Shown here: piece by piece, positions 27,166-37,813 of the stretch
How positions within the stretch are numbered: the stretch's first letter is position 1
How the letters are laid out: each line of letters opens with the position of its first letter
Virus record (IMG/VR): IMGVR_UViG_3300022924_000017
Span: 22,054-86,053 of that record
Reading direction: 5' to 3' (one strand)
DNA from: a virus
Lineage: Duplodnaviria; Heunggongvirae; Uroviricota; Caudoviricetes
Length of the DNA: 64,000 nucleotides
Translations under genes and position numbers: made by a program
The notes under the pieces: model-generated
What the model was told of the DNA's origin: nothing
The model's input: the letters and a program-made list of their open reading frames with translations, nothing else
Databases searched by the model: none

Positions 27166-28038
27166 TTAAGCCGAGACGAAGTCAGGGCGGTCCTCTTTAG
27201 CTACGCGGTCTTCTTCCTCGACGTATCGTAGGTTGTTCCAACCACCACAACCACCCTTAGCTGGGTTACACCAGTATCGACGGATCATACCGTTCACGCG
27301 AGGTTCTGTACCCCGTGACTGGAAGGCTGCAGAGCTTGTACCACAGTGAGCACAAACACCTTGACGGTTGAGAATGATACCCATGTTCGGGTGAGTTCGG
27401 TCGAAGCCGCGTTGGTCAATATAGATTTGTTCAGTGATTGCAACGTCTTGGTCGTTATATTCTTTCAATAACTTCCAACTGTGCTTATCCTTTTTCTCAA
27501 GACAATCATACCACAATGCCCCAACCTTGATTTCCGATTTACCGCTGTACCCGTGGTACTTGCTGATTTCATCGAGTCGGTTAGACGGGTATTTAAAAAT
27601 ACGCCTTGCTTGCGCGAGCGTATCAACTGTCTTGTATGGTGATGGTGCGCCCAATTTGTGCTTGATGAAGTATGTGTTTGCCATCTTGATGTCGAAACCA
27701 CGGAGGTTGTGACCTACCACGATAGCCGCTTCGTCTAGGATCTTGTGCAGCGCGATAGCCACGTCTTTGTCGTCGTGCTTGTCAGCTTTGTATCGGGTCT
27801 TAAAATCTGGCAGTTGAACGTGGTGCACTTTGTCTTCGTCTAGCCACTTGTATGAGAAGCTCATTAAGATTTGGTTGTGAACGATATTGAACGTATTAGC
27901 TTGCCACATTGGGGGATAGCTGTATGCGAGTAACGGTGAGACTTCGAGGTCTACTGTCACTGTTCGCTCTTGACTTTGCATATTGAATGTTTTCCTATTT
28001 ATGTGTTTATCATAGGGCATTCGGCCTGTCAAGTCCAC
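27166..28038 (-). CDS. DEDD-family (DnaQ-like) 3'-5' exonuclease with C-terminal zinc ribbon
   Basis: VDLEV (Exo I), HNLRGFD (Exo III-like), C-terminal CAHCG...CGGW cysteines. Confidence 0.5.
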   Translation of the reverse strand: MDLTGRMPYDKHINRKTFNMQSQERTVTVDLEVSPLLAYSYPPMWQANTFNIVHNQILMSFSYKWLDEDKVHHVQLPDFKTRYKADKHDDKDVAIALHKILDEAAIVVGHNLRGFDIKMANTYFIKHKLGAPSPYKTVDTLAQARRIFKYPSNRLDEISKYHGYSGKSEIKVGALWYDCLEKKDKHSWKLLKEYNDQDVAITEQIYIDQRGFDRTHPNMGIILNRQGVCAHCGTSSAAFQSRGTEPRVNGMIRRYWCNPAKGGCGGWNNLRYVEEEDRVAKEDRPDFVSA

Positions 28039-28185
28039 TTTTTAACGATGTAGAATAAGCAACAGGGTGTTCACCTCTGTTACTTTCTGGTAAAATGAAG
28101 ATAATGAGTAAAAAGAAGAATAAGTCTATACCGCAACCGAGCAACCTGCCCGTTCTTGAGGGTCAGACTACTATTACAGACTTTA

Positions 28186-28440
28186 TTAAATAACGACTTC
28201 TATCGGTGTACCGTCTTTAGGTAGGTAGGGTTGTGTCGTTAAACCGTATTCAGAGTAACCGAGACCCTTCTCGTTTAGCTTGTTCTCAAGCTCTTGTAGA
28301 GAGTTCGCAGTAACCGCACGCACTAGGTGCAATTTCACTGGGTTGTTCTCGTCGTGATCGCCCCAAGCCTCTGCCATCTCGTCCCAACCGTACCAAGTAT
28401 CGTCAATCTGGTGTGCAAAATAAAAGTTATTTGCGCTCAT
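28186..28440 (-). CDS. hypothetical protein
   Basis: 84-aa ORF. Confidence 0.3.
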   Translation of the reverse strand: MSANNFYFAHQIDDTWYGWDEMAEAWGDHDENNPVKLHLVRAVTANSLQELENKLNEKGLGYSEYGLTTQPYLPKDGTPIEVVI

Positions 28441-28611
28441 CTTCTTTACCTTTCTCCATTATCATCTTCGCATAGTCATAAGCACCTTCAATAGGTTTGC
28501 CTAGTTTCATACCAATGGTAACTAAAAGATTGAACCGCTGGGCTTGTGTAGCTGACAGCGGTTCATAGTATTCTTCTGCTTCTTTTACTGTCATAGAGAC
28601 AGTATACAACT

Positions 28612-29778
28612 TTACTTCTTGAAAGTGAACTTTGAGAGCAAGTCGACGATCAACTTGATGACCTTAGATAGCCAGCTAGTTGCGCTTTCACCATCTTCAG
28701 GAATAGGAATCACTGGTGGTGTAGTTGGTGGTTCTACGAATGAACCGACTGCGATTAGCTCGTCAACAGCAGGAGTTGTCACTGCGTCAGACTTAACTGT
28801 TCGTGCGGTTTCGGTGCCGTTTGTGTAAGTTACTGTCCAGACGATTGTTCGAACACCCTTAACACCAGCGCGGATAACCTTTTCTTTGCCAACTGGCAGT
28901 GTAGCGTCTGTAGACTTAGTGATTTGGAATGCGACTTCTTCAGTCTTGCTTTCTTCTTTCACTTCTACGGTAGGTAGAGCTTCTAGCGTGTTTTCATCGA
29001 ACCCGTTACCAACGTTGTTAGTAGATGAGTAAGGTGTGCGTAGATAAGTCTTGCCGTTCCAGTTTGACTTTTGGTTGAGGTCGAACTCAGTACCAGCTGG
29101 GTAGGCTTTGATACCGTTACCAGTTTTTACTTCAACGAGTGTTGTACCACCAGCTTTAGCTCGCATACGACGTGGTGCGTCCATTGCTTGCCAGCTTGGG
29201 TCAGCAGGTGCAGGTGGTTGAGGTGGGTTGTTAATGTAGTTAACGATTGCGTCACGTTGTTCCATGATGCGTGCAGGACAAGCAGTACCGAGTTGCGATA
29301 CTTCGTGGTGACCTACGACTGCGGTTGCACCACCGAGAGCTTGGTCTTGTGGTCGCCAAAAAGCAGCGATAACTTTGTTGTCACCATCACGGAGAGTGTA
29401 GTTTCGGTAGTCACCTAGGTTTTCAATACCGATAGAGCGAGTGTTGATGTCCCAGTTACCAGCGTGCCAAGTGATTTGACCGAATGGGTCGCTAATGAGA
29501 GGAACGAGACGGTAACCAGCAGCCCGTTCAGCGTCTGTTGCGTCAGGAGTGCTACCATCTACTCGTTGCCCTGCAAAGTGGGCTTGTGAGTAAGAGCGTG
29601 CGCCAGTGTACGGGTTTATAAGACCAGACCAGTTACCAGCGTTTGACCCGTAAGCGCGAGCGTACCCGTTGTCGCTAAACCATTGTGCGAGCCATGCTTT
29701 AGATTTTTCAGTCCAGAGAGGAGTCACCGCGTGGTGAAGAACGAGGTAATCAACCCTTTTTCGGTTAACATCAGCCAT
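28612..29778 (-). CDS. N-acetylmuramoyl-L-alanine amidase (PGRP/Amidase_2) endolysin with C-terminal extension
   Basis: LHHAVT ... HAGNWDINTRSIGIE zinc-amidase motifs (T7-lysozyme-like). Confidence 0.8.
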   Translation of the reverse strand: MADVNRKRVDYLVLHHAVTPLWTEKSKAWLAQWFSDNGYARAYGSNAGNWSGLINPYTGARSYSQAHFAGQRVDGSTPDATDAERAAGYRLVPLISDPFGQITWHAGNWDINTRSIGIENLGDYRNYTLRDGDNKVIAAFWRPQDQALGGATAVVGHHEVSQLGTACPARIMEQRDAIVNYINNPPQPPAPADPSWQAMDAPRRMRAKAGGTTLVEVKTGNGIKAYPAGTEFDLNQKSNWNGKTYLRTPYSSTNNVGNGFDENTLEALPTVEVKEESKTEEVAFQITKSTDATLPVGKEKVIRAGVKGVRTIVWTVTYTNGTETARTVKSDAVTTPAVDELIAVGSFVEPPTTPPVIPIPEDGESATSWLSKVIKLIVDLLSKFTFKK

Positions 29779-29999
29779 TATTCAGACACCTTCCCAGGTA
29801 GTTCTTTCCAAACAGCTTCAGGTATTACGCCCTGACCGTTGTTAACAAAACCCTTGTTTTGCTTTGCTTGAGACGCTTTCTTTTTCTCGTCTGCTTTTTC
29901 AGCTTGCTCTTGCAGTTTCTTGATTTCTGCTTCTGTTGGTACGTTTGCCATATAAAATAACCTCTCTGTATATTCACTACTTATTATACAGTTTTGAGG

Positions 30000-30485
30000 T
30001 TATTCGCTATAAGATGTGATATAATCGCGAGCTTGCTGTTTCGTGTAGTACGAACCGTCCCAGTCGTTCTGAATGGTACCGTTGCACTCTTCGATCATTT
30101 CTAAGATGAGTTCTTTTTGGTGCGCGTTGTCTTTCTGAAGCATTGCGCTCATAGACCGACCGTTGTTAATGTAGTCGTCAGATAGGTTCTTGCCCTTCGC
30201 GCTGTGCAGTTCCCAGCCCTTCAGACTACCCCACTTTAAGAGTATGTAGTCGTCACCAGTTTTGAAAGATATTCGCTCGAGTTTGTCGGTTGCTTCTTTA
30301 ATGAAGTTACGCAACTCAGCAGCCAAGTCGGTAGTTACGGTTTTACCCTCTAACGACTCAGCCAGCTCGTCGATTGCTTTGATTATCTTAGACATTGTTC
30401 TTTTTGCCGCACCGTTGACAAGTAGCGTTCCAAGAAACTCGCTCTTGGTAGTACCCGTTGTATTTGTCCCAGTCGTGAAAACCAA
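30000..30485 (-). CDS. hypothetical protein
   Basis: 161-aa ORF. Confidence 0.4.
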   Translation of the reverse strand: MVFTTGTNTTGTTKSEFLGTLLVNGAAKRTMSKIIKAIDELAESLEGKTVTTDLAAELRNFIKEATDKLERISFKTGDDYILLKWGSLKGWELHSAKGKNLSDDYINNGRSMSAMLQKDNAHQKELILEMIEECNGTIQNDWDGSYYTKQQARDYITSYSE

Positions 30486-30527
30486 ACTTGCATTTCAACT
30501 TGTCCAGAAAACTCATATTTACTCTTT

Positions 30528-30944
30528 TCATTTGTTAATGCTATTAGAGTGATTATATAACTTCTCTAGGTCTTCGTCAAGACTTTTCAAACAGCGTTGG
30601 CACTTGAAACTACTGATTGCGCAGTTGGTACAAATCTGTGGTGTAGCGGTGCTCCCGTGCATCTTTGATGTCTTACAAACTGGGCATTGCCACGTGGTCA
30701 TTGCAGCCCCACCGAACCAACCGCGACTACGACAGTCTTCGCAAACGATGTCTTTGAAACGCCACGCTTTGAGCACTTCTAGCTCGGGTGCTTTCATAGC
30801 TTGCTTAACAGCTTCTTCTTTGTCCCACTGAATATGTGTCAGTAGAGACTTAAAACCGCTCTTACTGAAGCGGTAGTCTGCTTTCACGCGAGTTTTACCA
30901 ACCATATTGTATAAGTCGATGTAATACTTTAGCGGTTGTCTCAT
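30528..30944 (-). CDS. Cys-rich zinc-finger protein
   Basis: multiple CxxC pairs. Confidence 0.4.
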   Translation of the reverse strand: MRQPLKYYIDLYNMVGKTRVKADYRFSKSGFKSLLTHIQWDKEEAVKQAMKAPELEVLKAWRFKDIVCEDCRSRGWFGGAAMTTWQCPVCKTSKMHGSTATPQICTNCAISSFKCQRCLKSLDEDLEKLYNHSNSINK

Positions 30945-31214
30945 AGAAGCTCCTCTAGTTGCTTCTTCATTTCTTCAAGACGGTGCGGTAACCAGATAGT
31001 GATGACTTGCGAGAAACTGCTTGAGTCTGAGTAAAGGTTTGCCGACATTAGCATTTGCTCTAGCGTTTCGATACTAGCTTCGAGCTTCGCGATTTTGACG
31101 TGACGTTCTGAAAAGACTGGGCTTTGTAGCTTAGCTGTGCTGAACAGCATATCATCTTCGCATTCGTTCCAACCTTGCTTGTACGACTGCTTCTTAATCT
31201 CTTCGATTTCGCTA

Positions 31215-31670
31215 TCAGTCATCATTGCCTTCTTTGCGACCTTGCGTCAAACCGTGATAAAACGCGTTCTCGCGATCTTGAGCCATCAACTGAATAAGTG
31301 CGTGAACAGCTTCGGTCTGTCGACCCGTGCTAGATACCATAACGTACTCGTTAAACCAGTTGTCGAGCGGTGTAGGCTCTTCGGTGTCTTCGTCTTCAAG
31401 CGGTTCAATACCAAACGCATAGACCGCGTTACGGTAGATACGTGGGCCATAATGCTCCATACCATCGGTAATGAGATAATCGACGACCCCGTGCTGTGTC
31501 GTGCGAGCTTTCCACTCCCACTTACCGTCTACGTGTGTTGGTTCGTCGATAACCTCGAACTGAATGCTGCCGTACTGACTGCTTTCCCAAAGAATGTCAC
31601 CCCTATGAATATCACGGGGGTTAACAGGGTTAAAGTCGTATTCGTTAGGATTCGTTTGATTCATTTTCAA
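31215..31670 (-). CDS. hypothetical protein
   Basis: 151-aa ORF. Confidence 0.35.
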   Translation of the reverse strand: MKMNQTNPNEYDFNPVNPRDIHRGDILWESSQYGSIQFEVIDEPTHVDGKWEWKARTTQHGVVDYLITDGMEHYGPRIYRNAVYAFGIEPLEDEDTEEPTPLDNWFNEYVMVSSTGRQTEAVHALIQLMAQDRENAFYHGLTQGRKEGNDD

Positions 31671-32248
31671 TTACGGTACTCACTGTGAAGTTAATCTTAG
31701 CACCTGTTTGTTGTTCAATCAAGTCAACCGTATCGAGGATTACTTCTGGGTGATACGCGTTGTTCGGGATTTCACTTACGACGATTGAAGCCTCTAGAGT
31801 TGGGCGTTCGAATAATTCTTTTGGTACGTCAATGTTTAGCTTTACCGCTACTTCGTCCCAGTCAAGCGATGGTTTTTGTTTTCGTACTGATTTAACACCG
31901 TTTTTGTTGACTACTAGCCAGTTGGTCAAGATCATTTTCTTTCTCTCCTATTATTGCTTTGTAATCGTAGGATACTCTTTGTCCTCTGGTTTGTCAACAG
32001 AAGCACTGGTGCCCATCCAACTCTGCGGTTTCTCAATCGGGTATGAGTTGGGTGGGGTCGGTGTCGTGAAGATAGGGGTTATGGGTGAAAACGGTCGTGA
32101 CGGTTGCAGGGTGGGTGGTACGCTGACGGGTGCGGGTCGACGCAGTTCGTCGATAACGACTTGTGCGAGTTCACGCTTTTTGTTGCGATACAGATACTCT
32201 AGTACATCACTGATTGTTTTCGTTGCCATAGCCCCTATGCTCCCTTAT

Positions 32249-33064
32249 TTACTTAGTTGGAATGTAAAACTGTGCGTTACCACCGCTTGCGTCAGTAGTT
32301 GGTAGCACACCGTTCCACTTAGCGATCCATTGTTGTTGCAAAATCTCTGGTGTGAGTGTTTGCTGACGAAGTCGTTGAGACTCTGCCTGTGCGGTTGCTT
32401 CTGCAACTTGCTTCTCTGCTTCAACCTTTGTTGTCTCGAGCTCCTGACGAGCTTGTGCGACCTTCTGGTTAGCGATTTGCACTGCTTCGATAGCCTGGTT
32501 GAATGCTGCGCTGAACTTGAACTCAGTAATAGCTACGTCTTGAATGTTGTAGCGACCATTTTTCTCAACACGATCTTTTAGGTTGTCTACTACGTCACGC
32601 TTTACTTCAGCGCGGTTAGTAATCAATTCGCTTGCTGTGTACTTAGCTGATACAGCTTTGAATGCTTCTTGGACCTGTGGGTCAATTTCGATAGCTTGAA
32701 AGTCTTTACCGACGTTCTGGTGAATCTCTGACACCTTACCGCGATTTAGTGCATAAGTTAGTACAACTGTAGCGTTCACGTCTTGCAAGTCTTTAGTAGA
32801 CGCTGTTGCGTTAGACTGAACCTTTTGTGTCTTAGTGTCGTATTCTGTTACGCTTTGAATACCCCAAGGTGCTTTGATTGAAAGACCCTCGGTTAGTTCA
32901 CGACCAGTTACTTTACCGTAACTCGTAACAACACCGACTTTACCTGTACCGATTGACGCGAGTGAACCAGTAATCGTGATGAGAACTAGAAGACCGATAA
33001 AGCCCCAGATACCCCATTTGATATACTTTTTCACGTTAGATTGGTTATTATTGCCGTATTCCAC
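32249..33064 (-). CDS. SPFH/band-7 (prohibitin/HflC-like) membrane protein
   Basis: N-terminal TM helix then SPFH domain and long Ala/Gln-rich coiled-coil. Confidence 0.7.
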   Translation of the reverse strand: MEYGNNNQSNVKKYIKWGIWGFIGLLVLITITGSLASIGTGKVGVVTSYGKVTGRELTEGLSIKAPWGIQSVTEYDTKTQKVQSNATASTKDLQDVNATVVLTYALNRGKVSEIHQNVGKDFQAIEIDPQVQEAFKAVSAKYTASELITNRAEVKRDVVDNLKDRVEKNGRYNIQDVAITEFKFSAAFNQAIEAVQIANQKVAQARQELETTKVEAEKQVAEATAQAESQRLRQQTLTPEILQQQWIAKWNGVLPTTDASGGNAQFYIPTK

Positions 33065-33538
33065 TTGCTACTCCTCTGTAGTTTGATTTATTTGTTCGAT
33101 TAGTGTATCAAGCTCATCATAGTCTACTTCGGGGTCTGGTGCAAGATAAATAGCTTTAACAGGGGTGATAAAGTCATCGTTTAGCTTGAAAACCATCTCG
33201 TCAGCTTTCTCGTGGTCTTTCAGGAACTTCAATCTTAGCTCATCGTATTTGCTCATCGCGGTTCTCCTGCAAGTATTCTACCGCACGACGACGCACTTCG
33301 TCCACGTTTATAGATTTGTCTTCTTTACTAATGCTTTCGAGTTGCATACGCAAGAACATAGCGATAGTCATCTTGACCGCATATTCATCACGAAAGGCAA
33401 GCTCGTCGACTATAGCTTGCATTGTGCGCTTCTCAGCTCGTAGCGAATTGCGACCCGCTTGCATATTCACGTGCGCGTCACGCATAAACTTATCAAGAAT
33501 ATGTTCTATGTCGGCTATGTCTGGTACGTTTTTGTGCA

Positions 33539-33826
33539 TCAGCGGTACGTCCAGGTTTTAACTGCAGCCCACGCTTCTTCCATGGTGTTGTATTGGTGAA
33601 GACGGTGTGGCCCAAACAGGTAGGAGTAAACCTCACAACCTACTTCGGGCTTTGCGTTCAAGTAATCTTCGGTCTCGAACCAGTTAGGGTAGCTCAGCAT
33701 TAGACCTACATAGCCCTCGGTGCTTTTGCAGTGACCGTCAGTTTCTGGGTCGTTCTCCCATTCGACGTGCAAATCGTGCAAGTGTTGACGAATCTTCTTT
33801 AAGAGCCGTACGTCTTTATCAGTCAT
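33539..33826 (-). CDS. hypothetical protein
   Basis: 95-aa ORF. Confidence 0.3.
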   Translation of the reverse strand: MTDKDVRLLKKIRQHLHDLHVEWENDPETDGHCKSTEGYVGLMLSYPNWFETEDYLNAKPEVGCEVYSYLFGPHRLHQYNTMEEAWAAVKTWTYR

Positions 33827-34145
33827 CTTCTCTATCCTCGTTGACGGTTACGATTACATTGCCTACTTTTACTGATTGCTTCGATTGAGATACTTTCAGC
33901 TTTAGGTCATTTATATCATACCCTTCCACGCGCTGCAAATAGCGAACGATAGCGTGGTCGGTCACCTCTGGCACCATACCATCGTGCTTCAAGTCGTAGA
34001 TTGCCATACCAACTCGGTGTCTTCGTGAGTTCAGCTTGCGTAAGCGGTTTTCGATTGGCTTCTTCTGCTCTTGAAGTTCTTTAATTTCATTTAATAATAG
34101 TGTGTGTTCACGTTGATACTTGTTCAGTTTTTCTTCACGATTCAT
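33819..34145 (-). CDS. hypothetical protein
   Basis: 108-aa ORF. Confidence 0.3.
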   Translation of the reverse strand: MNREEKLNKYQREHTLLLNEIKELQEQKKPIENRLRKLNSRRHRVGMAIYDLKHDGMVPEVTDHAIVRYLQRVEGYDINDLKLKVSQSKQSVKVGNVIVTVNEDREDD

Positions 34146-34537
34146 TTTTCAGCTCCTTGATACGGTATTCCCAGTCGACGTTGCAGTCTTTCCACCCGTC
34201 AGCGATTGCATAGAATGTGCAGTCTGTGTCTTTGCACCCCAAATGCAAATAGTCACAACCGCAACCCTCTTCGCATTGTGACACATAGTACTCGTGTTCG
34301 TGGTCTTTACCTTTTAAGATGTCTTCGTCAGTCTTCACTTAATCCTCTTTCTACCCCAAGTCGCCCCAGCATTCGTAACGCGTATTCTCTTGCGCGCTCA
34401 GATACTTCGAGCTGGTGTTCCCAGTGTTCACGTTGCTCTGGGGTCAACTCTTTCGGTACGGGTAGGTACCTAACGTTGTCTAAATGCTCTGCCATTTGAA
34501 AGTCAGTATAGCATTTTCCAGTACAATAATATACAGA

Positions 34538-34954
34538 ATGAGTGAGATATACAGCGACAAAATAAAAACCCCGATTTATACGCCAACTGGCGATAAGCCA
34601 CATATCGACGAACTGGTCGACGACAAAAAGGTACGCGACCTCAACGAGCGTATTCGTTCATCAAATATACCGTCTGACATTCAAGTGTTCCTGCGCAAAG
34701 CTGCGACCCGACACTATGTTTATGACTATCGAAAAATCGCTGAGTATTACGCTCACGCACCTAAAGAAGTACAAGAACTATTCGAAGCGTCTCACCTCGT
34801 GATTATTGACTTTGACAAAGCAATCGAAGAGGGCTACGTTCAAATGAATAAACGCCTTATGAGCGTACGATCAAAACAAACAAATTACGACAAAGAAATA
34901 CATGGAAAACAAAAACTTCGTAGCACTGATATTGACGCACGGGCGACCGAATAA
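34538..34954 (+). CDS. hypothetical protein
   Basis: start moved to the internal ATG (MSEIYSDK); 138 aa. Confidence 0.4.
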   Translation: MSEIYSDKIKTPIYTPTGDKPHIDELVDDKKVRDLNERIRSSNIPSDIQVFLRKAATRHYVYDYRKIAEYYAHAPKEVQELFEASHLVIIDFDKAIEEGYVQMNKRLMSVRSKQTNYDKEIHGKQKLRSTDIDARATE

Positions 34955-35816
34955 CCAAGTTACCGTAAACACGCTGAAGCGTCACGGTTATACAGGTGAA
35001 TGGAAGCTCGTAGTAGACGATGAAGACGCAACATTACCCGAGTACCGCAGAGTATGGGGTGATGATAAGGTGGTCACGTTTAGCAAGAATGAAATCGCAG
35101 AGCGGTTCGATGAAGTCGACAACTCAGGTGAACGTCGCACTATATTTTATGCTCGCAACGCTTCGTTCGATATTGCTGAAAAGCTAGGGTATAAGTATTT
35201 TATCCAGCTTGACGATGACTACGACAGTTTCAGGTGGCGAATGAACGAGGATATAAATTATTCTTCGCTTATGCTATCCCCGCTACCCGAAGAACAGACG
35301 CTCGACAAGGTGTTTGACATTATGCTCGAGTACTTCATATCGGTTCCCCTGATGTACTCACTCTGCATGGCGCAGTCTGGTGATTACATCGGTGGTGGCG
35401 GTTCGAAGATGGTCACTGACCAGTTCAGACGCAAGGTGATGAACAGCTTTATTTGCTCGACAGATAGACGATTCAAGTTTGTCGGTCGTATCAACGAAGA
35501 CGTGAACACCTATACGTCACTTGCGCACCAAGGGTTCTTGTTCTTGACGACAGCATTCATTGCACTCAACCAGAAGACTACCCAAACAAACACTGGCGGT
35601 ATGTCTGAGATGTATAAATCGCTCGGTACATACACCAAGACCGCATACACAATTATCACTCACCCTTCTGGTGCAAAGTTCTCGGTTCTCTACAATACTT
35701 CAGCCATCAAGGGTGCAGGTAAAGAGAAAGACAACAACGCGTTTCGCATTCACCACCGTATTAACTGGCGCAATACCGCACCGCTTATCCTTCGAGAAGA
35801 GCATAAGAAAGTATAA
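34902..35816 (+). CDS. putative GT-A-type glycosyltransferase
   Basis: FVALILTHGRPN N-terminal strand and QLDDDYD (DxD-like) motif. Confidence 0.35.
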   Translation: MENKNFVALILTHGRPNNQVTVNTLKRHGYTGEWKLVVDDEDATLPEYRRVWGDDKVVTFSKNEIAERFDEVDNSGERRTIFYARNASFDIAEKLGYKYFIQLDDDYDSFRWRMNEDINYSSLMLSPLPEEQTLDKVFDIMLEYFISVPLMYSLCMAQSGDYIGGGGSKMVTDQFRRKVMNSFICSTDRRFKFVGRINEDVNTYTSLAHQGFLFLTTAFIALNQKTTQTNTGGMSEMYKSLGTYTKTAYTIITHPSGAKFSVLYNTSAIKGAGKEKDNNAFRIHHRINWRNTAPLILREEHKKV

Positions 35817-35830
35817 TAGGTAATAGAACT

Positions 35831-36406
35831 ATGAATAATCAACCCGACCAAAAACCCAAAGAGACCCCTGAAGAACGACGAGCCCGACTCATCGCTCAAC
35901 TTGAACGTGGTCGCGAAATTGCAAAAGAAAAGAAAGAACTTATGGAAGCTGCGGGCATGGACCCGTCAGACTATCAATTAACAAAAGACGGTGACGTTGT
36001 GCAACGTAAACCATCTGTGAAAAACCTCTCAAAAATCGTGCAAGAAGTACTTGCTGACCCTGAGTGGATTGACAAGGTGATTCGTAACCAGCCTGACTGG
36101 TGGCAAGGTCTACCCGTTAAAAATGCCGCATACATTATGACAACTAGTATGATTACTATGGCTATGTCTGGTAACCTCAAAGCCGCTGACTGGGTTCGAA
36201 AGACTGGTTTTGGTGAAAAGGTAACAGTCGAAGCTGAAGACGATTCATTCTTCGGTAAGCCAGACTTCACGATTCGTGTGGTCAACCCAACATACACTGT
36301 AGAGGAATTGCAGGGCGAAGAACCGAAATACATCGAATCAAACGCTTCTGAAATGATTGAAGAACACCTAGGCACCGAACTCGATGCAGAAGACGTTGAA
36401 TCTTAA
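35831..36406 (+). CDS. putative terminase small subunit
   Basis: 191-aa basic/acidic protein immediately upstream of, and translationally coupled to, TerL. Confidence 0.45.
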   Translation: MNNQPDQKPKETPEERRARLIAQLERGREIAKEKKELMEAAGMDPSDYQLTKDGDVVQRKPSVKNLSKIVQEVLADPEWIDKVIRNQPDWWQGLPVKNAAYIMTTSMITMAMSGNLKAADWVRKTGFGEKVTVEAEDDSFFGKPDFTIRVVNPTYTVEELQGEEPKYIESNASEMIEEHLGTELDAEDVES

Positions 36407-37812
36407 TGGCAGATGTCGTATTTTCAGACGCGCAGTTGCTCGCTTATAACGAGTTCTTAAACCCGCAAAGTACCCGTATTCTTTATGGTGGTGGTGCGGG
36501 TGGTGGTAAGTCATTCTTTATATGTCTTATTGTCGCGCTTATGTCAAGAAAGTACGCTGGTATACGCATTGGCCTAGCTCGAAAAGAGTTGATGAGCTTG
36601 CGACAAACAACACTCTCGACACTCCTCTCAAAAGTGCACCCCGCTCTCGGTATCACCCAAGACGACTATGTTATTAACGGTCGCGAAAACTTTCTCGAAT
36701 ATCGTAACGGTTCGCGGGTTCAGTTTCTTGATCTAACTGCGAAGCCATCAGACCCTGACTTTGAAAGTCTCGGTTCACTTGAATTGACTATTGCACTCGT
36801 TGACGAGGCAGGTGAAACAGATAAGCGCGCAGTTGACGTGCTTTCTTCGCGTGTAGGACGATGGATGAATCGCGAATTTGGTCTAGTCGGCACAACACTT
36901 CTTGCGTGTAACCCCTCAACTAACTGGCTTCGACAAGAGTTCTACGACCCTTACGAAGAACGCGGTATGGGACCAGTTCAAAAGTGGGAAAATGGTGAAG
37001 TATGGGTAGACGGAACAAAAGTGCCAGCTTACGACGTGTACATTCGTGCAACCGTAACATCAAACCCGTTCATCGACCCCAACTACATCGAAAACTTGAA
37101 GAAGCTACCACCACAAGAACGTAAGCGTTTGCTTGACGGTGACTGGAATTATCTCGATGACGACGACTCGCTATTCCCAATGAAACTGCTGGATAAGGCA
37201 ACGACGCTCCACCCAGACACGGACGAGCCAGAAGATGCGAAGTTCAACAAAGCAATCGGTGTCGACCTTTCAGACAGCGGCAAGGACGCAACTGTCGCAG
37301 TGCTCGTTGAAAACGGGGTTGCTACTAAGTCGGTTGAAATCAAATCACCAAAAGGTAGCGACCAAGCAATCGGTCACGCTATCGCAGAGAAACTTATCGA
37401 CTTTGCGCTCAAGAACGGGTTCACTCCCGCAGTTGCTAAGTACATCACCATTGAGGGTAACGGTGTGGGGGCTTCAGCACGCGATGCCTTGCGTTCTAAG
37501 GGCTGGAAGGTAAATGTATACATCGCAACTCAACAGACCCGCTCAGACGGCTTCTACAACCTTATGCTCGATCTAGACTCTGGACGTATGCGGTTACTCG
37601 ATGGGTCTAAAGACTTCAACGTATCAGAAGTTAAGAAAGAACTTATTGCTCACACCTACGACCTCGACACAGGTAAAACTCGGGTGGTCAAGAAAAGCGT
37701 ACTTCGCAAGAAAATCGGTCGGTCACCTGACTGGGCTGACGCGATGATGATTGCTAACATGGCTTACAACGCGTTTAAACCAAAGCCTGTTGGCGCATAC
37801 ATTAGGTGGTAA
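36406..37812 (+). CDS. terL: terminase large subunit
   Basis: Walker A GGGAGGGKS; nuclease-domain D..D residues; C-terminal DWADAMMIA. Confidence 0.85.
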   Translation: MADVVFSDAQLLAYNEFLNPQSTRILYGGGAGGGKSFFICLIVALMSRKYAGIRIGLARKELMSLRQTTLSTLLSKVHPALGITQDDYVINGRENFLEYRNGSRVQFLDLTAKPSDPDFESLGSLELTIALVDEAGETDKRAVDVLSSRVGRWMNREFGLVGTTLLACNPSTNWLRQEFYDPYEERGMGPVQKWENGEVWVDGTKVPAYDVYIRATVTSNPFIDPNYIENLKKLPPQERKRLLDGDWNYLDDDDSLFPMKLLDKATTLHPDTDEPEDAKFNKAIGVDLSDSGKDATVAVLVENGVATKSVEIKSPKGSDQAIGHAIAEKLIDFALKNGFTPAVAKYITIEGNGVGASARDALRSKGWKVNVYIATQQTRSDGFYNLMLDLDSGRMRLLDGSKDFNVSEVKKELIAHTYDLDTGKTRVVKKSVLRKKIGRSPDWADAMMIANMAYNAFKPKPVGAYIRW

Positions 37813-37813
37813 C

